DNA of 64,000 nucleotides from an uncultured Actinomycetota bacterium (GTDB taxonomy: Bacteria; Actinomycetota; Actinomycetes; JAFAQI01). Positions 1-10,997 of the stretch are shown here, piece after piece. The notes beneath the pieces were generated by a model. It did no database searches and was not told where the DNA came from. It saw only the letters and a list, made by a program, of their open reading frames with translations. The DNA lies in NCBI GenBank assembly GCA_963835405.1, contig CAWIFV010000016.1, positions 67,017 through 131,016 on the forward strand, written 5' to 3'. Position numbers and translations under genes: made by a program. The stretch's first letter is position 1; each line of letters begins with the position of its first letter.

Positions 1-187
1 CGTGGATGTCGATGCCGACCTCGGCCATCGCCGCGACGACGGCGGGGTTGATGGTGTCGGCGGGCGCGGAGCCGGCGGAGCGGACGACGACCGCGCCCTG
101 CGCGTGGTGGTCGAGCAGGCCGGCGGCCATCTGAGAACGGCCGGCGTTGTGCACGCAGACGAACAGCACTTCGGGCTTACCGGTCAT
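1..187 (-). CDS. arsC: Arsenate reductase, LMW-PTPase fold (3' end outside window)
   Basis: Reverse strand reads MTGKPEVLFVCVHNAGRSQMAAG (CX5R P-loop). The ATG overlaps the acr3 stop (ATGA). Confidence 0.9.
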   Translation of the reverse strand, partial: MTGKPEVLFVCVHNAGRSQMAAGLLDHHAQGAVVVRSAGSAPADTINPAVVAAMAEVGIDIH

Positions 188-1320
188 GGGTGGTCCTTCG
201 ATGGGAGTGGCAGGCGGTCGCCGGGGGGAGCCGCGGGCGGCCAGCCGAGCCGTCGGTGCAGCCACAGCGAGACGTAGACGAGCGCGACCAGCACCGGCAC
301 CTCGATCAGCGGCCCGACGACGCCGGCAAGCGCCTGCCCGGAGGTCACGCCGAACACGCCGATCGCGACCGCGATGGCGAGCTCGAAGTCGTTCGAGGCG
401 GCGCTGAACGACAGCGCCGCGGTGCGCTCGTAGGTCAGGTGCAGGCGCCGGGAGACCCAGAACGCGCCGAACCACATGACCGCGAAGTAGCCGAGCAGCG
501 GCAGCGCGATGCGCGCCACGTCGAGGGGATCCGAGGTGATCTTGTCGCCCTGCAGCGCGAACAGGACGACGACGGTGAACAGCAGCCCGTACAGCGCGAC
601 CGGGCCGACCCTCGGGAGGAACGTTCCCTCGTACCACTCCCGGCCGCGACGTCGTTCGCCGATGGTGCGGGTCAGGTACCCGGCGGCCAGCGGGATCCCG
701 AGGAAGATCGCCACCGTCTTGGCGATCGTCCCGATCGACACGTCGACGGCCTGCGTGCCGAGCCCGAGCCACCCCGGCAGCACGTTCAGGTAGAACACGG
801 CGAGCACGGCGTAGAGCAGCACCTGGAACACCGCGTTGAGCGCGACCAGCACGGCGGCCATCTCGCGGTCGCCGAGCGCGAGATCGGTCCAGATCAGCAC
901 CATCGCGATGCACCGGGCGAGCCCGACGAGGATGACACCCGTCCGGTAGGCCGGCTGGTTGGGCAGCAGCAGCCAGGCGAGCGCGAACATGACCAGCGGG
1001 CCGACGACCCAGTTGAAGACCAGCGACGCGGCCATCATCCGCCGGTCGGCGGTGATGTGGCCGATCTCGTCGTACCGGACCTTCGCCAGCACCGGGTACA
1101 TCATCAGCAGCAGGCCGAGCGCGATCGGCAGCGACGTCTGCCCCACCTTCACGGCGTCCAGGCCGTCGTCGAGCCCCGGAACGAGCCGGCCGAGCAGCAG
1201 CCCGGCGACGATCGCCAGCCCGATCCACAGCGGCAGGAACCGGTCGACGCCGGACAACCGCGCGACGACCCGTGCGTCGGGGGCGTCGGCGACCGCGGGC
1301 TTGTGCAGGTGAACCGTCAT
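184..1320 (-). CDS. acr3: ACR3-family arsenite efflux transporter
   Basis: Motifs DRFLPLWI, GLLLMMYPVLAKVRY, GLARCIAMV, SNDFELAIAVA, GPLIEVPVL; many TM segments. Confidence 0.95.
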   Translation of the reverse strand: MTVHLHKPAVADAPDARVVARLSGVDRFLPLWIGLAIVAGLLLGRLVPGLDDGLDAVKVGQTSLPIALGLLLMMYPVLAKVRYDEIGHITADRRMMAASLVFNWVVGPLVMFALAWLLLPNQPAYRTGVILVGLARCIAMVLIWTDLALGDREMAAVLVALNAVFQVLLYAVLAVFYLNVLPGWLGLGTQAVDVSIGTIAKTVAIFLGIPLAAGYLTRTIGERRRGREWYEGTFLPRVGPVALYGLLFTVVVLFALQGDKITSDPLDVARIALPLLGYFAVMWFGAFWVSRRLHLTYERTAALSFSAASNDFELAIAVAIGVFGVTSGQALAGVVGPLIEVPVLVALVYVSLWLHRRLGWPPAAPPGDRLPLPSKDHP

Positions 1321-1471
1321 CCACGCGCCTCCCGGACCGTGTCGGAGCCGAACGTGCCCGCCGCCGCCCGCGTCCCTCCACGGGGGCATTGGTTCCTCAG
1401 CCCCCCGACACGCGGACGGCCAGGGGGTGGAGGCACCAACGCGCTGATCGCGATCATCGGGGGCATGGCGG

Positions 1472-1873
1472 TCATCGGGGGCTGAGCGCCGTGCGGATCG
1501 CCTCGAGCGCGGCGGGCACGGCGGCGTACCACACGTTGCGCCCGCGCTTCTCGCTGGTCACCAGGCCGGCCTGGGTGAGCACCTTCAGGTGGTGGCTGAC
1601 CGTCGGCTGGCTCTTCCCGACCGGCTCGACCAGGTCGCAGGCGCAGACGGCGCCGCCCTCGGCGTTGGCCAGCAGGGACACCAACCGCAGCCGCACCGGG
1701 TCGGCCAGCGCGGCGAACTGCCGCGACAGGGTCTCGGCGTCGGCGGCGGAGAGCACCTCGGCGGCGAGCGGGGCGCAGCACGCGGCCACCAGCGACGGGT
1801 CGAGAACCGGCAGCGACCGCGCCGCGACCGGCGGGCGAGGGGGAAGGTGAACCCGTGCCGCCATCGACATCAC
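1472..1873 (-). CDS. arsR: ArsR/SmtB-family repressor
   Basis: FAALADPVRLRL, VCACDL, SQPTVSHHLKVL, N-terminal CC; ars context. Start uncertain. Confidence 0.9.
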   Translation of the reverse strand: MMSMAARVHLPPRPPVAARSLPVLDPSLVAACCAPLAAEVLSAADAETLSRQFAALADPVRLRLVSLLANAEGGAVCACDLVEPVGKSQPTVSHHLKVLTQAGLVTSEKRGRNVWYAAVPAALEAIRTALSPR

Positions 1874-1890
1874 CTCATCTGCCTGGAACG

Positions 1891-1908
1891 CATTGACACA
1901 CGTCTATG
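1891..1908. promoter_or_regulatory. Probable ArsR operator
   Basis: Imperfect palindrome CATTGAC-acac-GTCTATG containing TTGACA, between the divergent arsR and arsI. Confidence 0.55.
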
Positions 1909-1983
1909 TACTCGCTAGCTCAGCCATCGATGGTTGTGAATATATACCCCACCCGTCGTCCCGACCAGCCCGGAGGACCTCGC

Positions 1984-2466
1984 ATGTCCCGGATCCAGCT
2001 CGCTCTCAACGTCGACGACATCGGCGCGGCGACGGCGTTCTACTCGGCGCTGTTGGGCGTCGAGCCGGCGAAGACGCGTCCCGGCTACGCCAACTTCGCC
2101 GTCGACGACCCGCCCCTCAAGCTCGTCCTGCTCGAGAACCCCGGCCAGGGCGGCACGCTCAACCACCTGGGCGTCGAGCAGGCCTCGGTCGAGGGCGTCG
2201 AGGCCGAGCAGGCCCGGCTCGCAGCCGCCGGCCTCGGCTCGGTCGACGAGCGCGGCACCACCTGCTGCTATGCGAGGCAGGACAAGTTCTGGGTCGAGGG
2301 GGCTCCCGACGGCGAGCGGTGGGAGATCTACACCGTGCTCGCGGACAGCGCGACGTTCTTCGGCGAGGCGGTCGACGGGGCGGCGTGCTGCGGCGGCGTC
2401 GCGGATCCGGCGGACGCATCGGTGACCGCCGAGCCGGCGGCGGCCACGGCGACGAGCTGCTGCTGA
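1984..2466 (+). CDS. arsI: ArsI/CadI-family VOC metalloenzyme (putative C-As lyase)
   Basis: MSRIQLALNV, PGYANF, LNHLG, TTCCYARQDKFWV, WEIYTV; GGAGG RBS upstream. Confidence 0.85.
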   Translation: MSRIQLALNVDDIGAATAFYSALLGVEPAKTRPGYANFAVDDPPLKLVLLENPGQGGTLNHLGVEQASVEGVEAEQARLAAAGLGSVDERGTTCCYARQDKFWVEGAPDGERWEIYTVLADSATFFGEAVDGAACCGGVADPADASVTAEPAAATATSCC

Positions 2467-2513
2467 GGGGAAGGGCGCGCAGGGCCGGCCGCGCCTCGCG
2501 CAGCGGGGACGTG

Positions 2514-3323
2514 CTACCGAACCCTGGGCTGGGGCCGCGCCCCGGACCGGAAGAGGGCCTGCCCCTCCTCCAGCGCCTCCGGTCGGGTGCCGAGCTGCAG
2601 GAACACGTTCCCGAGGTCCGTCGCCTGCGCGCCCGGCATCTCCTTCGCCGCCCAGATCGTCCGCAGCGTCGCCTGCACGGCGTGCGGCGGCTGCGCCGCG
2701 ATGACCGCTGCCAGGTCGCGCGCGGCAGCCCCGAGGTCGGGACCGGGTACGACGTCGCTGACCAGGCCGATCCGCCGTGCGGTCAGGGCGCTGACCTGCT
2801 CGTGGTTGCCGACCAGCGCCATCCGCAGCACCTCGCCGAACGGCATCCGGCGCAGCAGCAGGATCGGTTCGAAGGCGGCCACCATCCCGTAGGTGACGTG
2901 GGGGTCGAAGAACGTCGCGTGCTCCGCGGCGAGGATGACGTCGCACTCGCCGAGCAGGTAGAACGCTCCCCCGCAGGCGATCCCGTTCACGGCCGCGACC
3001 ACCGGCTTCCACAGGGCTTGGCTCTTGGGCCCGAGGAGACGCCCGGGGTCCTCGTAGCTCAGCGGGTCGAAGGCGAACCCCTCGACGCTCGACCGGTCGA
3101 TGCCGGTGCAGAACGCCTTGTCGCCGGCGCCCGTGAGCACGATCGCGCGGACGGCGTCGTCGGTCCGCGCGGCCCGCCAGACCCGCGCGAGCTCCTCGGT
3201 CATCGCGGGGTTGAACGCGTTGTGCACGTCCGGGCGGTTCAGCGTCACGGTGGCGACGCCGTCCGCCACGCTCGCCGTCACCGTCGTGAGCCAGAGCGCG
3301 GCAACGCCGGTCTCGGTATCCAC
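2514..3323 (-). CDS. Enoyl-CoA hydratase/isomerase family protein
   Basis: VATVTLNRPDVHNAF, AFCTGID, KPVVAAVNGIACGG, FFDPHV. Start approximate. Confidence 0.85.
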   Translation of the reverse strand: MDTETGVAALWLTTVTASVADGVATVTLNRPDVHNAFNPAMTEELARVWRAARTDDAVRAIVLTGAGDKAFCTGIDRSSVEGFAFDPLSYEDPGRLLGPKSQALWKPVVAAVNGIACGGAFYLLGECDVILAAEHATFFDPHVTYGMVAAFEPILLLRRMPFGEVLRMALVGNHEQVSALTARRIGLVSDVVPGPDLGAAARDLAAVIAAQPPHAVQATLRTIWAAKEMPGAQATDLGNVFLQLGTRPEALEEGQALFRSGARPQPRVR

Positions 3324-3376
3324 AGCGACGACCGTATCCCGGTGGTTCCGGGCCCGGCCCGCCGGTCCGCCGACCG

Positions 3377-3894
3377 TCAGAAGGCGTCGACCCGGCGACC
3401 GGTGACCTGCTGAGCCTCGAGACGCACCAGCTTCCCCGGGCACCGCCGGGCCAGGGACTGACGTCGACGTCCTCGTCCGCGCGCAGGACGCGGGCGTCGA
3501 CCTGGCCGCCGACCAGGACGCTCCAGCCCTGCCGCTGCGGATCGTCGATCCGGTCGACCTCGAAGCTGGCCGCGCATCGCCCACCCGCCGACTCGATCGC
3601 CACGTCGACGACGTTGCCGGGCTCGGTGAGCATGAGCACGGTGCGCTCCGCCACGACGTAGTTGAGCGGCACCACGAGCGGGAACGGGTGGTCGGGTGTG
3701 GTCAGCGCAAGCCGTCCGACCCCTCGCCCGCCCAGCAGCTCCCAGCACTCGGCCTCGCCGAGCCGGTGCAGCGCCCGGTCGCGCTCCGCTCTCCCCCACC
3801 CGGGTGCCGTGTCGACGTCCGCGCCGGTGAGCGTGGCCTCGGCGACGCCGAGGGCATCAGCGAGACGCAGCAGCTGACCGACGTCGAGATGCAC
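3377..3894 (-). CDS. Pyridoxamine 5'-phosphate oxidase-like flavin-binding protein with a partial N-terminal HTH; frameshift near 3440
   Basis: ECWELL..GVGRLA, PLNY, SFEVDRID..GWSVLV, SPWPGG; the C-terminal VTGRR lies in another frame. Confidence 0.75.
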
Positions 3895-3923
3895 GGGGCG
3901 TTCTGTGCACTCCCTCCGTGCCG

Positions 3924-4691
3924 TCACGCCGACGCGTCGAGCAACAGCGTCAGATCGTCGAGCACGACGTCGGCTCCGGCCTGCTCCAGCCGCGCGGGGT
4001 CGTGCCGACGGTCGACGCCGACGACGAGGCCGAACCCGCCGCGGCGGCCTGCCTGCACGCCCGCGATGGCGTCCTCGAACACCACGCACCTATCCGGTAC
4101 GACGTCCACGCGTCGAGCCGCCTCCAGGAACGTGTCCGGCGCCGGCTTCCCGGCCAGGTCCAGCCGATGCGCGTCGATGCCGGTCACCAACGCGTCGAAC
4201 GCGTCCCGCAACCCGGCTGCGTCGAGGATGGCCGCGCAGTTCTCGCTCGCGGACACGACCGCCAGCCGCCCGCCCCAGCCGCGCACTGCGGTCACGACCT
4301 CGACGGTGTCGTCGTAGGCCTGCACGCCGCGCTCCCGCAACGCGTCGTGGAAGTAGCGGTCCTTGCGGTTCCCCAGCCCGCAGACGGTGCGTGCGGACGG
4401 CGGATCGTCGGGGCTGCCGTGGGGCAGGGTCAGGCCGCGAGCGGTGAGGAACGCCTCGACACCGTCGTACCGGCGGCGACCGTCGACGTAGGTGCGGTAG
4501 TCGTCCACCGGGTCGAAGCGTCGCACCGTCGCGTCGGTGCCGGCCGCGATCTCGGCGAGGTACTCGTCGAAGAGCCGCTGCCAGGCGGCGGCATGCACCG
4601 TGGCAGTCCGGGTGATGACGCCGTCGAGGTCGAACAGGAAGGCGTCGTAGTCACGCAGCCGCGCCGTCCGCGGTCGGGAGTCCGTCCGCAC
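3924..4691 (-). CDS. Beta-phosphoglucomutase-family HAD hydrolase
   Basis: FDLDGVIT, YVDGRRRYDGV, GKPAPDTF, VFEDAIAGV; divergent from a GH65 gene. Confidence 0.9.
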   Translation of the reverse strand: MRTDSRPRTARLRDYDAFLFDLDGVITRTATVHAAAWQRLFDEYLAEIAAGTDATVRRFDPVDDYRTYVDGRRRYDGVEAFLTARGLTLPHGSPDDPPSARTVCGLGNRKDRYFHDALRERGVQAYDDTVEVVTAVRGWGGRLAVVSASENCAAILDAAGLRDAFDALVTGIDAHRLDLAGKPAPDTFLEAARRVDVVPDRCVVFEDAIAGVQAGRRGGFGLVVGVDRRHDPARLEQAGADVVLDDLTLLLDASA

Positions 4692-4724
4692 GGGGGAAGC
4701 CTCGCGCGGGCCCGGCCGCGATGA

Positions 4725-4742
4725 CAGGGCCACAAGGCCCTG
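4725..4742. promoter_or_regulatory. DosR/OsdR-like palindrome
   Basis: CAGGGCC-acaa-GGCCCTG in the short divergent gap between beta-PGM and GH65. Confidence 0.5.
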
Positions 4743-4776
4743 CCGCGGGCACCGCGCCAGACAGTACGGTTCGGCC

Positions 4777-7234
4777 GTGCTCCGCCGTGAGGTGACCGAG
4801 CTGCCCGAGCACGTCTACCCGCGCGACCCGTGGCGGCTGGTCGAGCAACGCTACGAAGAGCGGTACGCCAACCGGGCGGAGAGCATCTTCGCGCTCGGCA
4901 ACGGCTACCTGGGAGTGCGCGGCACCCTCGACGAGGGCCGGCCCTGCCTGTCGCCGGGCACGTTCGTCAACGGCTTCCACGAGACCTGGCCGATCGTGCA
5001 CGCCGAGGAGGCCTACGGTCTCGCGCGGGTCGGCCAGACGATCGTCAACGTCCCCGACGCGACCGTCCTGCGCGCTCTACGTCGACGACGAGCCGCTGTT
5101 CCTGCCCACCGCGCGGCTCCGCGACTACTCGCGCGTGCTCGACATGCGCGCCGGGACGTCGTCGCGCGAGCTGGTCTGGTCGACGCCCGGCGGGCAAGCA
5201 CGTCCGGGTCCGCTCCCGCCGGCTGGTGTCCCTCGAGCACCGCCACGTGCTGGCGATCGACTACGAGGTCACCTGCTCGACCACGCGGCGCCGTCGCGAT
5301 CTCCTCGCAGGTGCGTCAACCGCCAGGACGCGCCAGCCACCGCGCGGACCGCCAGGGCCGCGCGGCGTCGACCCGCGGCTCGCGCAAGGCGCTTCGACCG
5401 ACCGCGTGCTCAACCCGGAGGTCGCGAGCAGGCCGAGGACGGCCGGCTGCTGCTCGGCTACCGCGACGACGCAGCAGCGGCGATGACGCTCGGCGTCGGC
5501 GTCGAGCACCTCGTCGACACGGCCCCGCACGGATGCACGTGGCGCAGACCGTCGACGGCGACCGCGGCGAGCTGCAGCGTGACCGTCGACGCGGAGCCCG
5601 GCGTGCCGATCCGGATCACCAAGTTCGTCACCTACCAGACCTCGCGGAGCCGACCGCCGGAGCGAGCTCGTCGAGCGCTGCGCGCGCACCCTCGACCGGG
5701 TCGCGACGCGACGGCTTCGACGCGCTGGCCGGCGCAGCAGCGCGTCACCTGGACCGGTTCTGGGAACGCGCCGACGTGCGCGGTCGACGTCGACGACGAC
5801 GCCGACCTGGCTGCAGCAGGCGATCCGCTGGAACCTCTTCCAGGTCGCGCAGGCGACCTGGCGCGCCGAGGGCAGCGGCGTGCCCGCGAAGGGGCTGACC
5901 GGCGCAGGCCTACGAGGGCCACTACTTCTGGGACGCCGAGATCTACGTGCTGCCGTTCCTCGTGCTACACGCAGCCGCGCATCGCCCGCAACCTGCTGCG
6001 CTTCCGCTACAGCATGCTCGCCCAGGCCGCGCGCCCGCGCGCGCGCGAGCTCGGCGCATCGCGGGGCGACGTTCCCGTGGCGCACGATCAACGGCGAGGA
6101 GGCGTCGGCCTACTACCAGGCCGGGCACCGCGCAGTACCACATCAACGCCGACATCGCCTACGCCATCCGCCGCTACGTCCACGTCCGCGGCGACGTCGG
6201 CTTCCTCGCCGAGGTGCGGCGCCGAGATGCTCGTCGAGACCGCGCGGCTGTGGGCCGACCTCGGCTTCTACGGCGACGGACGGCCGGTTCCACATCCACG
6301 GCGTCACCGGGCCCGACGAGTACACGACGGTCGTCAACGACAACACCTACACGAACCTGCTGGCGCGGCTGAACCTGCGCTACGCGGCCGGCGGCGATCG
6401 CGACGCTGCGGCGCGACCGGCCCGGACGACTACGCCGCCGCTCGTCGACGACGCTCGAGCTGCGCGACGGACGAGGTGACGAGGTGGGAGCGCGCCGCGG
6501 ACGCCATGTACGTGCCGTACGACGCGCGCGCGCGGCGTCCACCCGCAGGACGCCGCGCTTCCTCGACCGCGAGGTGTGGGACCTCGACGACGACGCCGCG
6601 GCGAGCAGGTTCCCGCTGCTGCTGCACTACCACCCGCTCGTCATCTACCGCCACCAGGTGCTCAAGCAGGCCGACGTCGTGCTGGCCATGTTCCTGCTCG
6701 GCGACGAGTTCACCGCCGCGCAGAAGCGCCGCCAACTTCGAGTACTACGACCGGCTCACCACGCGGCGACTCGTCGCTGTCGGCCTGCATGCAGAGCATC
6801 GTCGCCGCCGAGGTCGGCGAGGAGACGACGCGCCCTCGACTACTTCCGCTACGCGCTGCTGATGGACCTCGCCGACGTCGCCGGCAACGTCTCCGACGGT
6901 GTCGCACATCGCGTCTGCCGCCGGCGTGTGGCAGGCGCTGGTGTACGGCTTCGGCGGGTTGCGCGACTTCGACGGCGAGCTCAGCTTCGACCCCCGGCTG
7001 CCGTCCACCTGGCGATGGCTGCGCCTGCCGTTGCGGTTCCGCGACCGCCAGCTCGAGGTCACCCTCACCCACGAGGAGGAGACGTACCGGCTGCTCGCCG
7101 GGGTGCCGCTGGAGCTCACCGTGCGGGGGCGCGCGTACCGGCTGACGCAGGACGAGCCGCTCGTCGTACGACCCGAGAACGGCGAGCCGGTGCCCCCGCA
7201 ACGGGCGGAACGGGAGCCGACCGCGACGGGGTAG
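4777..7234 (+). CDS. GH65 disaccharide phosphorylase (trehalose/maltose/kojibiose type), multiple frameshifts
   Basis: Segments in several frames: ESIFALGNGYLG, AKGLTG, FPWRTINGEE, TAQYHINADIAYA, VTGPDEY, KQADVVL, DSSLS. Confidence 0.9.
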
Positions 7235-7266
7235 GAGCACGACGGCACGACGCAGGAGAAGGTGCC

Positions 7267-9797
7267 ATGGCCACGAACGCCTCATCCGGTCCGAACCGCG
7301 CTGCCGTGCTCGACGGGCGACCCGCCGACGAGACGGACCGGGTGCGCGACGTGCGCGAGCCCGCCGACCAGCGAGCCGACGCGGAGCGCAGAGCCGACGA
7401 CGGGCTGAGCGCGGCGGAGGCGAGGCAGCGGCTGGACCGGTACGGACCCAACGCGATCCAGGAGGAGCGGCACAGCCTGCTGCTCGAGGTGCTGGGCCAC
7501 TTCTGGGGCCCATCCCCTGGATGATCGAGGCCGCGCTGGTGCTCACCGCGCTCACCGGCCGGTGGGTCGGACTTCGGCATCATCGCCGCGCTGCTGGTGC
7601 TCAACGGCGGGGTCGGCTTCTGGGAGGAGCACCAGGCGCAGAGCGCGATCGCGGCGTTGAAGCGAGCGGCTCGCCCGGCAGGCGGAGGTCAACCGCGACG
7701 GCGGGTGGCAGACCGTGCCTGCGGAGGAGGTCGTCCCCGGCGATCTGCGTCGCGGTCGCCGCGGGGGCAATCGTCGCCCGCGGACGGGCGGATGGTCGAC
7801 GGGAGCTGCGAGACCGACGAGTCGGCGCTGACCGGCGAGTCGCTTCCCGTCGAGAAGCAGCCCGGGGACGCGGTCTTCTCCGGGCTCGGCGGTCTCCCGG
7901 GCACGCCGGTGCTGCGCGTGCTGGCGACCGGCACCGCCACCATGTTCGGGCGAACCGCCCAGCTGGCCGGGGAGCGGGCCCCGCGTCAGCCACTTCCAGC
8001 AGGCGATCCTCGCGGATCGGCAGGTACCTGATCGTCGTCGCGCTGGGCTGGTCGCCGTCATCGTCGCCGTCTCGCTCGCTGCGCGGCACCGGCGTGACCG
8101 CACGCTCGAGTTCGCGCTGGTGGTCACCATCGCCTCCATCCCGGTGGCCCTGCCCGCCGTGCTGTCGGTGACGATGGCGGTCGGCGCGCGCCAGCTGGCC
8201 CGCCACGAGGCCGTCGTCAGCCACCTGCCCGCCGTGGAGGAGCTGGCCGGCGTCGACGTCCTGTGCGCGGACAAGACCGGCACCATCACCAAGAACGAGC
8301 TCGCCGTCGCCGACGTGGTCGTCCTCACGAACGCGGGACCGCGACGCCGTCTCTGCGACGCCGCGCTGACCGCGGAACCCGGCGCCGGCGACCCGATCGA
8401 CGCGGCGATCGTGGCGCGATCGACAGGCAGGCGCTGACGGCTGGCAGCAGGACCGACCTCGCAGCCGTTCGACCCGACCCGCAAGCGCGCCGAGGCGGTC
8501 GTGCGCGGTCCGGGCGGGGGCAGCGGAGGGTCGCCAAGGGCGCCGTCCAGGCCGTCCTCGAGCTGACCGAGATCGACGCCGGCGGACGCGGACCGCGTCG
8601 CCGAGGTGACCGCGGGTTCGCGGCGAAGGGCTACCGCGCGCTGGCGGTCGCCCGCGGGCCGACGGCGCGGCCGTGGCGGGTGACCGGGGTCCTGGCGCTC
8701 CAGGACCCACCGCGCGACGACTCCGCGCGAGACGTCGAGCAGGCGCCGCGGCCTCGGCGTCGAGGTCAAGATGATCACCGGGGACCGCGGTGAGATCGCC
8801 CGCGAGATCTCCCGCGAGATCGGGCTGGGAGACCGGCGTCCTCGACGCCGCGCGGATCGAGGACCTCGACGGCGAAGAGCTCGCCGACGGCGTCGAGGCC
8901 GCGGACGGGTTCGCCCAGGTGGTGCCCGAGGACAAGTACCGGATCGTGCGGGCGCTGCAGGGCCACAGCCACATCGTGGGCATGACCGGCGACGGGGTGA
9001 ACGACGCCGCCGCGCTGCGCCGGGCCGATGCCGGGATCGCCGTGTCGGGAGCCACGGACGCGGCCCGCGCGGCCAGCGACATCGTGCTGCTGGCGCCCGG
9101 GCTGTCCACCATCGTCGAGGCGATCTACCGGTCGCGCGAGGTGTTCCAGCGGATGAAGAACTACGCGATCTACCGGATCACCGAGACGATCCGGGTGGTC
9201 TGCTTCGTGACGCTGACCATCGTCGTGTTCGGGTTCTTCCCGGTCACGCCGGTCCAGGTCGTGCTGCTGGCGATCCTCAACGACGCGGCGATCCTGTCGA
9301 TCGCCTACGACCGGGTCCGGCCCTCGCCGCGGCCGGAGCGGTGGAACCTGACCGAGATGCTGGCCATCGCGACCGTGCTGGGCGCGTCGGGGTGGTGTCG
9401 ACCTTCGGGCTGGTGTGGCTGGCGCACGGCTCCCTCGGCCTGAGCGACGCCGCGGTCCGGACGCTGGTCTACCTGAAGCTGTCGGTCAGCGGGCACCTCA
9501 CCGTGTTCCTCGCGCGCACGCGCGGGCCGTTCTAGTCGCAGCGCCCGGCCGCCGTCCTCGTCGGCCGCGGTCGTCGGAACCCAGGTCGTCGCGACCGCCA
9601 TCGCCGTCACCGGCCTGCTGATGGACCCGATCGGCTGGGGCCTGGTCGCGCTGGCCTGGGGCTGGGCGGTCGGCGAGTTCCTGCTCCTCGACCCGCTGAA
9701 GCTCGGCGCCTACCGCCTCATGGGACGCCACGCGCCGGCGGTGGCTGAGATCGCTTCCGGACGGGCCGGGTCGGGAGAAGGGGCTGCGGATGCCTGA
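7267..9797 (+). CDS. Plasma-membrane proton-efflux P-type ATPase (P3A), frameshifted, in-frame TAG at 9533
   Basis: HFWGP, DESALTGES, IPVALPAVLSVTMAVGA, DKTGT, GMTGDGVNDA, RMKNYAIYRITETI, ILNDAAILSIAYD. Confidence 0.9.
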
Positions 9798-10229
9798 CGG
9801 CGTGACGTCCGGCCACGACTCGGCGCGACGTCCGGGCCGGTGGATGCGGTGGCTGTTCCGCGCGCCGGTCTGGCTCTTCCGGGCGCGCCTCGGTTGGCTC
9901 CTGGGCGACCGCTTCCTGCTGGTGACCCACCGCGGGCGGCGCACGGGGCACCTGCGTCGTACCGTGCTGGAGGTGGTCCGCACCGACCCGACGGTGCCGG
10001 AGTGGACGGTGGTGTCCGGCTTCGGCGAGACGTCCGACTGGTACCGCAACATCGTGGCGACACCAGCCGTGCGCATCGACGTTCGGCGGCGACGGTTCGC
10101 GCCGCAGCAACGGCTGCTGCACCGGCCGTTCGACGGCAGCCCCGATTCGATCGCGCAGCTCGCGCGCGCGATGCCCGCGGTCGCGTTCCGGCCGGAGGCA
10201 ACTCCACCGGACCAGGTGACGGGCGCTAG
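9790..10229 (+). CDS. Deazaflavin(F420)-dependent nitroreductase (Ddn) family; appears internally deleted, 3' end uncertain
   Basis: LFRAPVWLFR, FLLVTHRGRRTG..RRTVLEVV, SGFG..SDWYRN. Confidence 0.8.
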
Positions 10230-10905
10230 GGCGTTGCCGTCGAGGTCGGGACGCAGCCGCGCTCGGGGACGCAGCGACGCTCGGCAGGGTGCGCAGCGCG
10301 ATCGTGGCGAGCTGCTGCAGCGCCGCCGGCGCGCGCTGCGCCGCCACGGTCGCGTGGTCGACCTGCAGGACCAGCACGCGGCGGTCCAACGGCAGCAGCA
10401 GGGTGGTCCGCTCGGCCGCGCGGTCGAGCGACCCGTCGTGGCCGCCGACGCTGACGTCGGTGATGACGTTGCCGTTGGCCTTGTCGGCCGCGAGGGTCAG
10501 CCGCATCCGCTCGGCGACGGCGGGGTGGTCCAGGTAGACGTTCACCGTCGCGGACACCTCCGTCGGCACGTGCACCTTCGACCCCGCGACGTGGGTCGCC
10601 CAGGTGCAGGTGACCCGACCGAGGCGTCCGGACGGCAACGGCTTCTCGCGCAGGTACGACGCGTCCGCGACGGAACGCCCGACCGCGCGCTCCACCGCGG
10701 TGATCGAGATGAAGGTGCCGCAGCTGTGCGGCAGCAGCGCCTGCGCGTCCGACGTGGGGCTCGGCGTCGGCGTGACCGTGGGCGACGCGGAGACGGTCCC
10801 CGTCCCCGTCGGCGTCGGCGTCTCGGTCGCCGTCGATCCGCCTCCGCCGCTGCACCCGGCGGCGGCCACGAGCACCACGAGCACGGCGGCGGGCGAGGCA
10901 CGCAT
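10226..10905 (-). CDS. Putative lipoprotein, probable 3' frameshift
   Basis: Lipobox-like VAAAGC, Thr/Pro linker, then a domain with two Cys. Confidence 0.65.
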
Positions 10906-10997
10906 CACCCGACGGTATCGCCACTGACGCATGCCGGCCGGTACCCCGGCCGCGGACCAGGGCGGGTCGGCCCGGCGGCGATGTCTACCGTGGACCG

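Noticed and set aside
1321-1482. Hairpin and TCATCGGGGGC direct repeat between acr3 and arsR
   Set aside because: Only two short copies and no recognisable RNA family; probably a local duplication or weak terminator.
9533-9535. In-frame TAG in the H+-ATPase as possible recoding
   Set aside because: It falls where Trp (GPFWS) is expected, in an error-rich stretch; a single substitution is simpler. No pyl genes are present in the window.
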